From: Haliotis rubra
Lineage: Eukaryota
Direction of reading: 5' to 3'
Assembly: GCF_003918875.1 (NCBI RefSeq)
Contig: NW_025765103.1
Location: 806,001 to 870,000 of the forward strand
Length of the DNA: 64,000 nt
The notes below the pieces were generated by a model. It saw only the letters and a list, made by a program, of their open reading frames with translations, was not told where the DNA came from and ran no database searches. A program made the position numbers and the translations under genes. Positions 11,612 to 25,344 of the stretch are shown here, one piece after another. Position 1 is the stretch's first letter. Every line of letters begins with the position of its first letter.

Positions 11612-13231
11612 CTCCGTACAGTATTCCGACTCTTCACCCAGTAGCCCTTGTTTGCTGTGTGCAGAGACTGACTGGAAGGGGTACATGGTGGTTCAAATAG
11701 TAGAAGATTCTGTGAGCTTCCTCTCGGGGCCACCCACTGGTTTGTGTGGTCCAGACCTCCGTATTGTAACCATGTACGTTAACGAGATGTATACTCACCC
11801 CTGGAACTCATGTACAGGAGCCTTCATGTTGGGTATATACAGATTGCCATATCGTTTAACGGACGTTTGATTTATTTCTACAATTTAAACTCTTTCACAA
11901 GTAACACCTTCAAGAATACACCAAATCACCACCTCGCAAGGTCGTGACATCTGACCTAGTCATAAGGTACAATGGATCCCTTTTGGAATAGCGTGAAATG
12001 TTTCAATACCCGTTACATATCTATTTTAACCAGGGCCCGGCGATATAATCCCCTGGGTCTCCCAAAGTGGGAGGGGAGGGGTAGGGTCAGACGTTCAGAC
12101 TACAGGGACACACACAGTCTAGTGAACACGGTGACCTCGCTAGACCGTGAGGTACATTTTAGTATGTTATATTACTCACGATTGATTTCGTCACTTCAGT
12201 AATCCATTTCGCTACAGACACGTGGTTGAATGGAATTCATTGTGACACAGGTAGGGAGTTGACAATACAAACTGCACCCGCTCCACTTGATGGGCTATGA
12301 CATGAATGTATATCTCAATCCCGAGAAGATATTCCTCCATTGTTCGAATTAGTGATTTATGCCTACACCAAAGGAAAAGAATGCCTTTCCTTTGTTAGGG
12401 GATATTAACACCCCATTTTAAGTGACCAACGGGGAGTGAGGCAGTATATGAATATGTCGTATTATTTACTGTTATATGACAAAAGGTATAAACATTGTAG
12501 CACATATGGTGCAAAAAGCGGCGCTGGTCTTTCAAGTCCCTCGTGAATCTGCTTTGTGTTGTTTATATGATGCTAATATATGTTCTAATGAAGAGCCGAC
12601 TTGTTAATTTCGTATTACGTTCTGAGAGCGGCCGCTTGTGTAGCTGGGTTGTATCGTTCTCTCAACGGTACATGTATTGGCGATGAATATTGTCACTTCA
12701 CAAGGAACCTTTGTGTTGCCATGTCGAACAATTGTTTGAGATTGTGCATTGTCGTTCAACAATACTGCCGGGTGTATATGCTGTTGGTAATTGTATTTAT
12801 TACCTTATTGTTGTCGGCTTTATGCGAAGTCAACTTCTTTAGAAAACCTTCATGTGGGTCAGCTAGTGTACGCAGATTGTTACAGCGTTGGGATGAGTTT
12901 ACTGCGCTTTAAATTTCGTGTGATTGAAATCTTTTAATCTTCTTTTCTTTTTCCAGTTTATTAAATCTAACATATATGTTTGAGAGTGGGTTTTATAATG
13001 TTATATCTAAGGACGAGACGGTCAGTGATAGATGAGTCAACCGTTTGTACTCTCAAGGGTGTTGTGGGTCAATGTAGTTTTACACCGCCATTCCTTTAAA
13101 CGCGATATATTATTGGTCATTAACTGCACAGTTTTCACGCATGGGAATCTAAACCGGGTGTTCTTCATGTCGCGAATGTTGGTCTTCTATATATTCCTGC
13201 TATACCACTGTACATAAATCCGGACCAGCCT

Positions 13232-13394
13232 AGGGGCGGTGGGGTAGCCTAGTGGTTAAAGTGTCCGCTCGTCACGCTGTCGACCCGGGTTCGAATCCCC
13301 ACATGGGTACAATGTGTAAAGCCCATTTCAGGTGTCCCCCGTCGTGATGTTGCTGGAATATTGCTAAAAGTGGCGTAAAACTCAACTCAGTCAG
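13232..13394 (+). mobile_element. tRNA-derived SINE, family A, full length
   Basis: GGGGCGGTGGGGTAGCCTAGTGG head, B-box, shared tail, TSD CCG(G/A)ACCAGCCTA. Confidence 0.92.
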
Positions 13395-13749
13395 CCGAAC
13401 CAGCCTAACCAGTGAGTGAGAGGATAACAGCGATCTATACTATCGAGGCACCAGGTCATACGACCCGAGTCCGAGCACATGACCACCCAATCCAGTTTAA
13501 GTGACACAACAAGCATAGGTTACTGGGGCCTTTTTTGCCCCTCCCTCCCAAACAGGTGATGGAGCCTTCTAATCCCTGCAGGCGACGAAACAGGCAGAAG
13601 CTATCAGTCAGTGTGGTGATAGTAACGGGACATTCGGGCAGCGTAACGCTGAAGTTCTGCAGCGACATGTATCAACGTAACTGGCATTACCTCCCTTGAC
13701 ATAACACAGCGAAACCTCCAAGAGGTTCCCAGTTAAGACTAGGTACCTG

Positions 13750-13875
13750 CCGACCCATGCTAGAGGTGACCAAACGCTTCATAGCGTGTCCTCGTACCCG
13801 CAACATCGATCACTGGATTGTCTGGATCTGCCTGGTCGTCCTATAGCTGGACGTTCAGCAACAAATAAACAAAAC
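13750..13875 (+). mobile_element. Highly degraded family B remnant
   Basis: ACCCATGCT..., GATCACTGGATTGTCTGG, TATAGCTGGA. Confidence 0.55.
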
Positions 13876-14597
13876 ATGTACAGGTCTCCAGACCTCGAAA
13901 GAACTGACGGTTAAGAGCGGGTGGCTACGGAGGGGGACGCGTGTATGTGTCATGTTACCCGACGACGTGGAACGCTACCTGTGTTACCGACCACGGTCTA
14001 ATTGGCCCAAACCAAATTGTTTAAACCGCATACACTGTAATAAAAGGTTAGACTAGTGCTCCTTATACTTCATACCTAAAACCATATACATGTATATGGC
14101 AAGATGATACTAGGGTACTATATTCAAGTCTTTACATGTCCTTCACCTTCATCGGCTCAATGTCTATTAAGATATTAATGTGGGTAGCATTTATGACACA
14201 ACCTTGACCTGCAGTTTGTATTTTCCCAGAATGCATTCTTCCAGTTGCTGTGGCGTGACAACTCGGACGACCAAAGGTTCCAATGATGATCTCACGGGGC
14301 AATACACGCCGGAACCCGGAAGTGATATTACAGTCAGTAAAGGGTAAATCACCATGGTATTTGTTTCATGGTATATCACAGTTGCCCTTTGGTCCGGATC
14401 AGTTCCAAACGGACACATTCAGTAGATTTGGATGGTATTCTGTGGCCAAAGCAGTACACCGATCGTTTTTAATCAAGAATATACAATTAATAATACTGAT
14501 ATACATACCAAACTGCTAGTTAGTTAGTTAGTTTCAATGTACCCTGTTCTCAAATCCCATCCACCTATTTCAAGGGTTTCAACATGGCCTGTTTGCA

Positions 14598-15052
14598 GTA
14601 ATGCTCAAGCCAACGGTGTTAAGTAATGTTCAAGCCAACGGTGTGAAGTAATGTTCAAGCTAACGGTGTTAACTAATGTTCAAGCCAACGGTGTGAAGTA
14701 ATGTTCAAGCCAACGGTGTGAAGTAATGTTCAAGCCAACGGTGTTAAGTAATGTTCAAGCCAACGGTGTTAAGTAATGTTCAAGCCAACGGTGTGAAGTA
14801 ATGTTCAAGCCAACGGTGTGAAGTAATGCTCAAGCCAACGGTGTTAAGTAATGTTCAAGCCAACGGTGTGAAGTAATGCTCAAGCCAACGGTGTTAAGTA
14901 ATGTTCAAGCCAACGGTGTGAAGTAATGTTCAAGCCAACGGTGTGAAGTAATGTTCAAGCCAACGGTGTGAAGTTATGTTCAAGCCAACGGTGTGCTGTA
15001 ATTGTCAAGCCAACGATGTGCAGTAATGTTCAAGCCAGCGGTGTGCAGTAAT
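14598..15052. repeat. Minisatellite, 25-bp unit GTAATGTTCAAGCCAACGGTGTGAA, ~18 copies
   Basis: Tandem copies. Confidence 0.95.
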
Positions 15053-15239
15053 GGTTTCTCGCGTGGTTGTCCAGCACGAAAACGTCCCGATAGACATCTG
15101 TATAGTTCGCTCTCAACCCCGACCCTTTAACAGCTCGGCGGCCTCCCTGCACCCCGCACACAGCTATATAGAGTCTAACCACAAAACCCCAAGTCACCCG
15201 ACGGCTTTTCATTGACATACATACATACAGACATACATG

Positions 15240-15470
15240 TGGGTCGCTTGGCTGGAGCGTGCGGGGTGGGGCGGGCGTGTGGGGGACGCGAGACGGTCAC
15301 GCGCAAGGGGGAGCCAGAAAGGGGAAACATGGGTGGTAATGACACCTGGAAAGTTAAAGGGAAGAGGGGGTTTATGGGGTTGGGAATCCCTTGGACGGTC
15401 ACTTGAAACGGGTTTACGCATTTTGAACAATGTCGCTCCAGCAGTCGACAATGCTGGAAAACGTGAGTCA
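15240..15470 (+). promoter_or_regulatory. GC-rich promoter-like patch followed by a possible short first exon (ATG...MSLQQSTMLEN|GTGAGT)
   Basis: GGGGTGGGGCGGG GC boxes, CpG-rich sequence, consensus donor near 15463. Confidence 0.25.
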
Positions 15471-16899
15471 TGTATTGAGTAAACGGGATGATATATAGTA
15501 CCGAGGGGTGCGACTAGCGGCGCCTGAAATGATCAAGGGTTTTCATGGTGTATATACTGGTCGAACCTCAACATGGACCCGATAAAGCAGAGATCTCACC
15601 TACCACGGTCGACCACGATCCAGAACAAATAGCTTTCGCTTCTTTATTCGGGACACTCATTCATCATCTCGAGACACATTCGCAATCACATTGTAACATG
15701 GTATATATCCCTGAGTTCATCAGGATATCCGTCACCCAGGCCGCTCTGAGTTAGTCGGGGTCAGGAGGAAATCAGGTACACCTCCTTTGGAAACGCCTTT
15801 GATCAGGACGGGTGTAGGTAAACCAAGCGGCCATATAACATGTTCAAAATGAGTGTTCGGCGGTTCAGGCGTGAGGATTGGGATTTCGTGAGTCTAGGAT
15901 CAGGAGACCAGTTCTTACAGTAACTTACTACTTATGACATGAAATAGCGGGAAATCTAATGAGTTCGTAAGACAAATTATTTACCACAGAGGTAAAGAAA
16001 CATGCTTAAGCAATTCATCAACTGGCATCGAACATCAAAGAGACAGGTATCTTGAGATCACAGTGTTAATTTAATCCTGATATAACATTCGCTGATTATA
16101 AAAAAAATATTCATTATATATCTAGACTGATGTTTGTGACTTTATTAAAAATCCATTCAATATTGTTCACCGTAATTGTGAGTGACCGCACGAATTCATC
16201 TGTAGTAAAGCCTTGTTCAAGCGAACGTTTGTTGAGAGAAACGGATACATACCGGTATATTAAAACCGGTATATTAAAACGCGTTAAAGGTCATATTTCC
16301 CTTGGTGTATTCTATCTTGATGACGTATTCTGAACTGAAACAGAAGATAGAGGGAAATCAACGGTGATTGTTCAAACTGTTCCCTGCTTAAACATATCCG
16401 GAAACAACAATCACTGGCTCCAAGTGCTTCGAGCTTTATTTTTACATAAAATATTTGTAGTAAATGCTGCAACAAAAATGACATGGTATTCTAATATATC
16501 ATTCTGACATGTTAATGGTTTCAGTTACAATTTATTCCAACCACTGCATGAAAATGTCATGGAATTATAATAATGGGTCCTTTCTAATTGAATCACCTGT
16601 AGACAGAGAAAACACCTGAACAGCTGATTGCTATATAATATTAATCCCTGCATATGAACAATGCCCAGGAGAGTAGGAAACACAATTTAAATGGTAAATC
16701 TGTATTTTTAGTGAACCCCAACTGTCAAATTGTTGTTTTTTTTCAAACAACCAAGTTTCTTATCACCCTTTCGTTCACGTGAGTTCACTGACACGGTATA
16801 GATTTTGACTGTTTGGCTGTAATAATATATGAGGATGTGTCTGCAACTTCACTGCGGCTTGGAGACTATACACGCGCGTGGGTTAGGCCCACGGAGTAT

Positions 16900-17890
16900 A
16901 CAGTCAGAGCTCTTGGTGTAGTCAGTCAGAGTTCTTGGTGTAGACAGTCATGGTTCTTGGTGTAGACAGTCATGGTTCTAGGTGTAGACAGTCAGGGTTC
17001 TTGGTGTAGACAGTCATGGTTCTTGGGGTAGACAGTCAGAGTTCCTGGTGTAGACAGTCAGAGTTCTTGGTGTAGACAGTCGTGGTTCTTGGAGTAGACA
17101 GTCAGAGTTCTTGGTGTAGACAGTCATGGTTCTTGGTGTAGACAGTCGTGGTTCTTGGTGTAGACAGTCAGAGTTCTTGGTGTAGACAGTCATGGTTCTT
17201 CGGGTAGACAGCCAGAGTTCCTGGTGTAGACAGTCAGAGTTCTTGGTGTAGACAGTCGTGGTTCTTGGAGTAGACAGTCAGAGTTATTGGTGTAGACAGT
17301 CATGGCTCTTTGTGTAGACAGTCATGGTTCTTGGTGTAGACAGTCGCAGTTATTGGTGTAGACAGTCGTGGTTCTTGGAGTAGACAGTCAGAGTTCTTGG
17401 TGTAGACAGTCATGGTTCTTGGTGTAGACAATCATGGTTCTTGGTGTAGACAGTCAGAGTTCTTGGTGTAGACAATCGTGGTTCTTGGAGTAGACAGTCA
17501 GAGTTATTGGTGTAGACAGTCATGGTTCTTGGTGTAGGCAGTCATGGTTCTTGAGGCAGACAGTCATGGTTCTAGGGGTAGACAGTCAGAGTTCTTGGTG
17601 TAGGCAGTCATGGTTCTTGGGGAAGACAGTCATGGTTCTTGGTGTAGACAGTCACAGTTCTTGGTGTAGACAGTCAGAGTTATTGGAGTAGACAGTCAGA
17701 GTTCTTGGTTTAGACAGTCAGGGTTCTAGGGGTAGACAGTCGTGGTTCTTGGGGTAGACAGTCAGGGTTCTAGGGGTAGACAGTCAGGGTTCTAGGGGTA
17801 GACAGTCAGAGTTGTGGTGTAGACAGTCAGGGTTCTTCAGGGGTAGAGACAGTCAGTGTTCTTCAGGTGTAGACCAGTCATGGTTCTTCG
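16900..17890. repeat. Minisatellite, 22-bp unit GGTGTAGACAGTCATGGTTCTT, ~45 copies
   Basis: Tandem copies. Confidence 0.95.
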
Positions 17891-18070
17891 CCAAGTAGAG
17901 TCGTCTCTGATGTTATCGGTCTCACTGTCCCCGATAGTTCCGTAGAGTGTCGCTTGTGAACGCCTGCACACAGGCCTTGAAGAGTGGCAGCTCAGGCGTG
18001 GGTGGCAAGGAGTAGTGTGGCGGAAAGTCTTGGCACGGGAGTAGTGGGGGTAGGCGCTCAGGTGGTTTCC
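17890..18070 (-). other. Exon candidate between two satellites (frames GKPPERLPPLLPCQDFPPHYSLPPTPELPLFKACVQAF...* or GNHLSAYPHYSRAK...)
   Basis: Acceptor CCCCTAG|, GC-rich unique island, two open frames; no homolog recognised. Confidence 0.3.
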
Positions 18071-18094
18071 CTAGGGGTGTTGGTGGTGAAGATT

Positions 18095-21000
18095 TAACAG
18101 TGGTTTCAGTAGGCTAGTATAACGGTTGGTTTCAGATTGGGTAGAGTATAACGGTGGTTTCAGTCTCAGATTGGATCCATAACGGTGGTTTCAGATCGGG
18201 GTAGCGGTAAATTATAACGGTGGTTTCAGGTTGGGGGCCTTGGTAAGGTGGTGTCAGGTTGGGTAGAGTATAACGTTGGTGTCAGATGGGACAGAGTTTA
18301 ACGGTGGTTTTAGGTTGGGTAGAGTATAACAATTGTTTCAGTTTGGGTAGAATATAACGGTGGCTTCAGGTTGGCTAGAGTATAACGGTGGTTTCAGATT
18401 GGGTAGAGTATAACGGTGGTTTCAGGTAGGGTAGAGTATAACGGTGGTTTCAGATTGGGTAGAGTATATAACGGTGGTTTCAGGTTGGGTAGAGTATAAC
18501 GGTGGTTTCAGATTGGGTAGAGAATATAAGTGTGGTTTCAGATTGGGTAGATTATAACGGTGGTTTCAGATTGGGTAGAGTATAACGGTGGTGTTCAGGT
18601 TGGGTAGAGTATAACGGTGGTTTCAGATGGGGTAGAGTTATAACGGTGGTTTCAGATTGGGTAGATTATAACAATGGTTTCAGTTTGGGTAGAATATAAC
18701 GGTGGTTTCAGGTTGGCTGGAGTATAACGGTGGTTTCAGGTTGGGAAGAGTATAACGGTGGTTTCAGGTGGGGTAGAGTATAACGGTGGTTTCAGATCGG
18801 GTAGATTATCATTGTGGTTTCAGGTTGGTTAGAGTATAACGGTGGTTTCAGATCGGGTAGAGTATAACGGTGGTTTCAGATGGGGTAGATTATAACGGTG
18901 GTTTCAGATTGGGTAGAGAATAAGTGTGGTTTCAGATGGGGTAGATTATCATTGTGGTTTCAGGTTGGTAAGAGTATAACGGTGGTTTCAGATGGGGTAG
19001 AGTATAATAACGGTGGTTTCAGAGTGGGTAGATTATAACGGTGGTTTCAGGTTGAGTGGAGTATAACGGTGGTTTCAGGTTGGGAAGAGTATAACGGTGG
19101 TTTCAGGTGGGGTAGAGTATAACGGTGGTTTCAGATCGGGTAGATTATCATTGTGGTTTCAGGTTGGTTAGAGTATAACGGTGGTTTCAGATCGGGTAGA
19201 GTATAACGGTGGTTTCAGATGGGGTAGATTATAACGGTGGTTTCAGATTGGGTAGAGAATAAGTGTGGTTTCAGATGGGGTAGATTATCATTGTGGTTTC
19301 AGGTTGGTAAGAGTATAACGGTGGTTTCAGATGGGGTAGAGTATAATAACGGTGGTTTCAGATGGGGTAGATTATAACGGTGGTTTCAGGTTGAGTGGAG
19401 TATAACGGTGGTTTCAGGTTGGGAAGAGTATAACGGTGGTTTCAGGTGGGGTAGAGTATAACGGTGGTTTCAGATCGGGTGGTTTCAGGTTGGTTAGAGT
19501 ATAACGGTGGTTTCAGATCGGGTAGAGATATAACAGTGGTTTCAGATGGGGTAGATTATAACGGTGGTTTCAGATTGGGTTGTGGTTTCAGATGGGGTAG
19601 AGTATCATTGTAAGAGGTTATCAGTGGTTGGTAGAGATGGGGTAGAGAATAACGGTGGTTTCAGATCGGGTAGAGTATAATGGTGGTTTGGTAGATGGTG
19701 GTTTCAGATGGGGTAGAAGTATAATCGGTAAGTGGTTTCAGATGGGGTAGATTATAACGGTGGTTTCAGGATGGGGTAAGATTATAACGGTGGTTTCAGG
19801 TTTGTAAGAGTATATACGGTGGCTTTCAGATGGGGTTTAGTGGTTTCAGGATGGGGTATAACGGTTGTTTCAGATGGGGTAGAGTATAACGGTGGTTTCA
19901 GATTGGGTAGAGTATATACGGTGGCTTCAGGTTGGCTAGAGTATAACGGTGTTTTCAGATCGGGTAGAGTATATACGGTGGCTTCAGGTTGGGTAGATTA
20001 TAACGGTGGTTTCAGATTGGGTAGATTAAAGCGGTGGTATCAGATTGGGTAGATTATAACGGTGGTTTCAGAGTGGGTAGATTATAACGGTGGTTTCAGA
20101 GTGGGTAGATTATAACGGTGGTTTCAGGTTGAGTGGAGTATAACGGTGGTTTCAGGTTGGGAAAAGTATGACGGTGGTTTCAGGTGGGGTAGAGTATAAC
20201 GGTGGTTTCAGATCGGGTAGATTATCATTGTGGTTTCAGGTTCGTTAGAGTATAACGGTGGTTTCAGATCGGATAGAGTATAACGGTGGTTTCAGATGGG
20301 GGAGATTATCATGGTGGTTTCAGGATGGGGTAGAGTATAACGGTGGTTTCAGGTTGGTAAGAGTATAACGGTGGTTTCAGGATTGGGTAGATTATCATAG
20401 TGGTTTCAGGATGGGGTAGAGTATAACGGTGGTTTCAGATTGGGTAGAGAATAAGTGTTGTTTCAGATGGGGTAGATTATAACGGTGGTTTCAGATGGGG
20501 TAGATTATCATTGTGGTTTCAGGTTGGTAAGAGTATAACGGTGGTTTCAGATCGGGTAGAGTATAACGGTGGTTTCAGATGGGGTAGAGAATAAGTGTGG
20601 TTTCAGATGGGGTAGATTATAACGGTGGTTTCAGGATGGGGTAGATTATCATGGTGGTTTCAGGTTGGTAAGAGTATAACGGTGGTTTCAGATCGGGTAG
20701 AGTATAACGGTGGTTTCAGATGGGGTAGAGTATAACGGTGGTTTCAGATGTTGGGTAGATTATAATGGTGGTTTCAGATCGGGTAGAAGTATAACGGTGA
20801 GTAGAGCTCGGTAGGTACCAGAGAGAACACGGGTGGAATTGATTACCTGTTTTAAGAGTTCATGGTTCTGGGGCACTGTAGCAGTGATGTCATATATTGG
20901 CAATGTGAAGTTTTGTTTCCTGCTTATAGCATACAGACACAAGGTCCCAACGGTGGTTTCAGATGGGGTAGATCCACCTTATAACGGTGGTTTCAGGATT
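18095..21000. repeat. Minisatellite, 28-bp unit TATAACGGTGGTTTCAGATTGGGTAGAG with multi-unit block duplications; interrupted by a unique island at ~20800-20948
   Basis: Tandem copies; the same variant order recurs at ~18730, ~19060, ~19410 and ~20130. Confidence 0.95.
20847..20919 (-). other. Exon candidate (KQNFTLPIYDITATVPQNHELLKQ) inside the 28-bp satellite
   Basis: AG acceptor, CAG|GTAATC donor, open frame. Confidence 0.3.
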
Positions 21001-21270
21001 GTTTGTTGTTGTTTCGCACGCTGTTGTCCCCACTCTCCCTATGTTACTGGCAACAATCCATCACGGGTCAGTTTCAGCCTGTTGGAAACTGATGACGAAA
21101 TTATGTGAAATAGGTTTCAGGTTTTTTTACGGGGCATATGTGCGCCGGTCGTGCATTATTTCGGGTGTAGTTCTTTTCTCCTGTGTCCGTTCATTCACTC
21201 TCTGTTCATTCATGCCACCGATCATGACACTTCCGCGCAATCATGTGCAGATCACGTTGGTTTGGTAACA

Positions 21271-21472
21271 CCCTTGAAGATCCGGATTAGACTTGATCTT
21301 CAGTAACCCATGCTTGTCGTAAGAGGCGACTAACGGGATCGGGTGGTCAAGCTCACTGACATGGTTGGCACGTGTTATTGTATCCTAATTGCGTAGATCG
21401 TTGCTCATAATGTAAATCACTGGATTACCTGGTCCCTTCTCGATTATTTATAGACCACCGCCATATACCTGG
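21271..21472 (+). mobile_element. Family B retroposon, tail lost
   Basis: CCCTTGAAGATCC...GCTTGTCGTAAGAGGCGACTAACGGG...CCATATACCTGG. Confidence 0.88.
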
Positions 21473-21519
21473 TTTATAGGACAGGTAGGTATATTGTTAT
21501 AACCACACAATAATTATAG

Positions 21520-23450
21520 GAAACGTGTATATCTGTATAACTACACACAAGGTATTTTTGGAAACGTGTGTATCAACGTGTGTGTATCAATATAACTACA
21601 CACATATAGATCTATTTCTATTTGGAAACGTGTGTATCAATATAACTACACACATGATATATTTGGAAACGTGTGTATCAATATATCAATATAACTACAC
21701 ACAAGATCTATTTGGAACGTGTGTATCAATATAACTAACACAAGATGTGTATCAATATAACTACACACAAGATCTATTTGGAAACGTGTGTATCAATATA
21801 ACTACACACAAGATCTATTTGGAAACGTGTGTATCAATATAACTACACACAAGATCTATTTGGAAACGTGTGTATCAATATAACTACACACAAGATCTAT
21901 TTGGAAACGTGTGTATCAATATAACTACACACAAGATCTATTTGGAACGTGTGTATCAATATAACTACACACAAGATCTATTTGGAAACGTGTGTATCAA
22001 TATAACTACACACAAGATCTATTTGGAAACGTGTGTATCAATATAACTACACACAAGATCTATTTGGAAACGTGTGTATCAATATAACTACACACAAGAT
22101 CTATTTGGAAACGTGTGTATCAATATAACTACACACAAGATCTATTTGGAAACGTGTGTATCAATATAACTACACACAAGATCTATTTGGAACGTGTGTA
22201 TCAATATAACTACACACAAGATCTATTTGGAAACGTGTGTATCAATATAACTACACACAAGATCTATTTGGAAACGTGTGTATCAATATAACTACACACA
22301 AGATCTATTTGGAAACGTGTGTATCAATATAACTACACACAAGATCTATTTGGAAACGATGTGGAAACGTGTGTATCAATATAACTACACACAAGATCTA
22401 TTTGGAACGTGTGTATCAATATAACTACACACAAGATCTATTTGGAAACGTGTGTATCAATATAACTACACACAAGATCTATTTGGAAACGTGTGTATCA
22501 ATATAACTACACACAAGATCTATTTGGAACGTGTGTATCAATATAACTACACACAAGATCTATTTGGAACATTGTATCAATATAACTACACACAAGTATC
22601 AATATAACTACACACAAGATCTATTTGGAACGTGTGTATCAATATAACTACACACAAGATCTATTTGGAAACGTGTGTATCAATATAACTACACACAAGA
22701 TCTATTTGGAAACGTGTGTATCAATATAACTACACACAAGATCTATTTGGAACGTGTGTATCAATATAACTACACACAAGATCTATTTGGAACGTGTGTA
22801 TCAATATAACTACACACAAGATCTATTTGGAAACGTGTGTATCAATATAACTACACACAAGATCTATTTGGAAACGTGTGTATCAATATAACTACACACA
22901 AGATCTATTTGGAAACGTGTGTATCAATATAACTACACACAAGATCACATTTGGAAAAACGTGTGTATCAATATAACTACATACAAGATCTATTTGGAAA
23001 CGTGTGTATCAATATAACTACACACAAGATCTATTTGGAAACGTGTGTATCAATATAACTAACACAAGATCTATTTGGAAACAATATCTGTTTGGATCAA
23101 TATAAATATAACACACACAGATCTATTTGGAAACGTGTGTATCAATATAACTACACACAAGATCTATTTGGAAACGTGTGTATCAATATAACTACATACA
23201 ATATCAATTTGGATCGTGTGTATCAATATAACTACACACAAGATCTATTTGGAAACGTATGTATCAATATAACTACATACAATATCAATTTGGAAACGTA
23301 TGTATCAATATAACTAACACAAGATCTATTTGGAAACGTGTGTATCAATATAACTACATACAAGATCTATTTGGAAACGTGTGTATCAATATAACAACAT
23401 ACAAGATCTATTTGAAAACGTGAGTATCAAAATAAGTACACACAAGACAT
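21520..23450. repeat. Minisatellite, 41-bp unit GTGTGTATCAATATAACTACACACAAGATCTATTTGGAAAC, ~46 copies
   Basis: Near-identical tandem copies. Confidence 0.97.
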
Positions 23451-24625
23451 ACAGATAAGATTAATCTCGTACTTGCCCTTGATGTTGTATGTATCGAGGT
23501 TTAAACCCGATGTTCCCCGAGGCTACCCGGAAATGACCGGAAAGAGAAATGGCCTTTGGCTGAAGAGCCGATCGGGTTCGATGGCAAGAGAATTAATCAG
23601 GTAATTACTACTAATTAGCAGGGAAATAACACGCTGATTGCTCGCTGTCAATCAGGCAATTATATGCAGTTAAATTGTCACCCGCACGCGCAATAGATGA
23701 CACGTGCCTGTAGATAGCATTTTGCATTAGTTTCCGACAAGTGAAATTAGAGACAAAATCGTTGATGACATTTCCGGGGTTTTGTGACAGTTGAATTATG
23801 GGTCGAGGCGTTGTGAAGAATATCGGATCACCCCCAGTTCCTCATAAACTGTATCAACATATTTTTAATATATTAATATACTGAAAAGGGGAATCAGGTA
23901 AGTGGTTTATCTTTTCCTTGCTATAACAAAGGCAATATCCCGTGCATGCGAAGAGAAAGATGAATAATTATCGCGAATCTAACTATTTATACCTAACGTT
24001 CATGTAAAATGGGAAAATGTTTTATAACACAAATATGCACACCTTTCTCACTTTCCAGCACATTGTATATATCCTGTAGTAAAACTATATATATCTATAT
24101 GTTTCTACAATATCAAGCTTCCATTGCAAGTTGTTCATCCCCAATATGTATAATTATGTTAAACGACCATAAGTGGTGCACTTGTGCCAAATCCCTATGT
24201 CTTTTGAACATTAAAATATGTTTAAACAAATACACGACAAATATCGTTTGTTGTTTGGTTGATTGGTTGACTGATTGATTGGCCCAAGCAGTAGTACAGC
24301 TCTATGACCGCGGTAGCAAACCTCGTCACAGGATTTGACCCTGCTGAGGAAGGACATGCAGTACGACCCTGTCTGTTACTAAATAGTTACGATGAACATG
24401 AAAGTATAAAAAGCTTTTACAAATATGTATAAAAGAACTGTCTGTCCACATCCGGCTTGATTCCGGAAGTTCGTGATTTACATGATATCGCAGTTCTGTA
24501 TATCTAACATATTACAAAGGTACTGCGACAAAAAATGGATGTTCCGGTTCTTGATGTCATGTTCAAATCTTTAGTCATGAAACGTACGTGCCAGTATCTG
24601 CGCACATCCGGGCTGTTTATCTATA

Positions 24626-24631
<6 letters not shown>

Positions 24632-24670
<39 letters not shown>
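24632..24670. repeat. (TG)n microsatellite
   Basis: Directly visible. Confidence 0.95.
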
Positions 24671-24671
<1 letters not shown>

Positions 24672-24847
24672 CGCGCTATCCTGTCACGTTCCCATACATG
24701 AAATGGTGAACTTCGGCTACCTACGTCCCCCCAACCAAACACACACACACGAACCAATCCCCGACCGCCACAAACACATGCAAAGGCAAGGCATTTCTTC
24801 CCCTGAACACTCGCGGGTCATGCCGGCAGCTGAGAAAGAGGTCGTCG

Positions 24848-24975
24848 GTGAAGTATATAGGAGTTAAACCATTACTGTTAGTGAAGTATTTAGGGGTTGT
24901 ACCACTACTGTTGGTGAAGTATTTAGGGGTTGTACCACTAGTGTTGGTGAAGTATTTAGGGGTTGTACCACTGAA
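24848..24975. repeat. Short array, 33-bp unit GTGAAGTATTTAGGGGTTGTACCACTACTGTTG, 3-4 copies
   Basis: Directly visible. Confidence 0.9.
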
Positions 24976-25344
24976 GACAACAAGAAGTGTAATGCATGGT
25001 TTGATATCCATCGGAATATATGACGCCTCTCAATAAAATCATACTTGAGAGAAGAAAAGAATGACAGTGGATTTGTCTCTGACATGCGGTGCTATGACAG
25101 GACCTCAACACTGTCGACTGTCACGTACATACCGCGACTAGCACTAGGAGGTCCACTCACGCATCCATACTGTGGGTATTACGAAATTTATCGATTTGAT
25201 TCTGATCCCGGAAGTCTCATTCACACGTCCGCCAAAACCGTGAACAGTTCCGGATGTACAAGTACACCGAGTTTTTGACGGTGTGATAACAAAAGTGTCT
25301 CCTGAGCGGCGTAGAACATGAATCAGCCAACCAGGTGTACTTAC

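Noticed and set aside
13232-13305. tRNA gene at family A heads
   Set aside because: The A/B boxes continue into a SINE body and tail with TSDs; multiple diverged copies and no complete acceptor stem.
13556-13700. Weak C-type-lectin-like peptide (EAISQCGDSNGTF)
   Set aside because: Flanked by in-frame stops and too short to support homology.
21020-21078. Minus-strand exon-like stretch with in-frame TGA (possible selenocysteine)
   Set aside because: Weak donor, no SECIS element identified and no selenoprotein resemblance.
21088-21112. Hammerhead-like CTGATGA...GAAA
   Set aside because: No valid stem II, or stem I/III pairing with a cleavage triplet, could be built. The CTGAAGA at 23560 likewise lacks GAAA.
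24870-24975. TTAGGG motifs as interstitial telomere
   Set aside because: Single hexamers embedded in a 33-bp unit, not tandem telomeric repeats.
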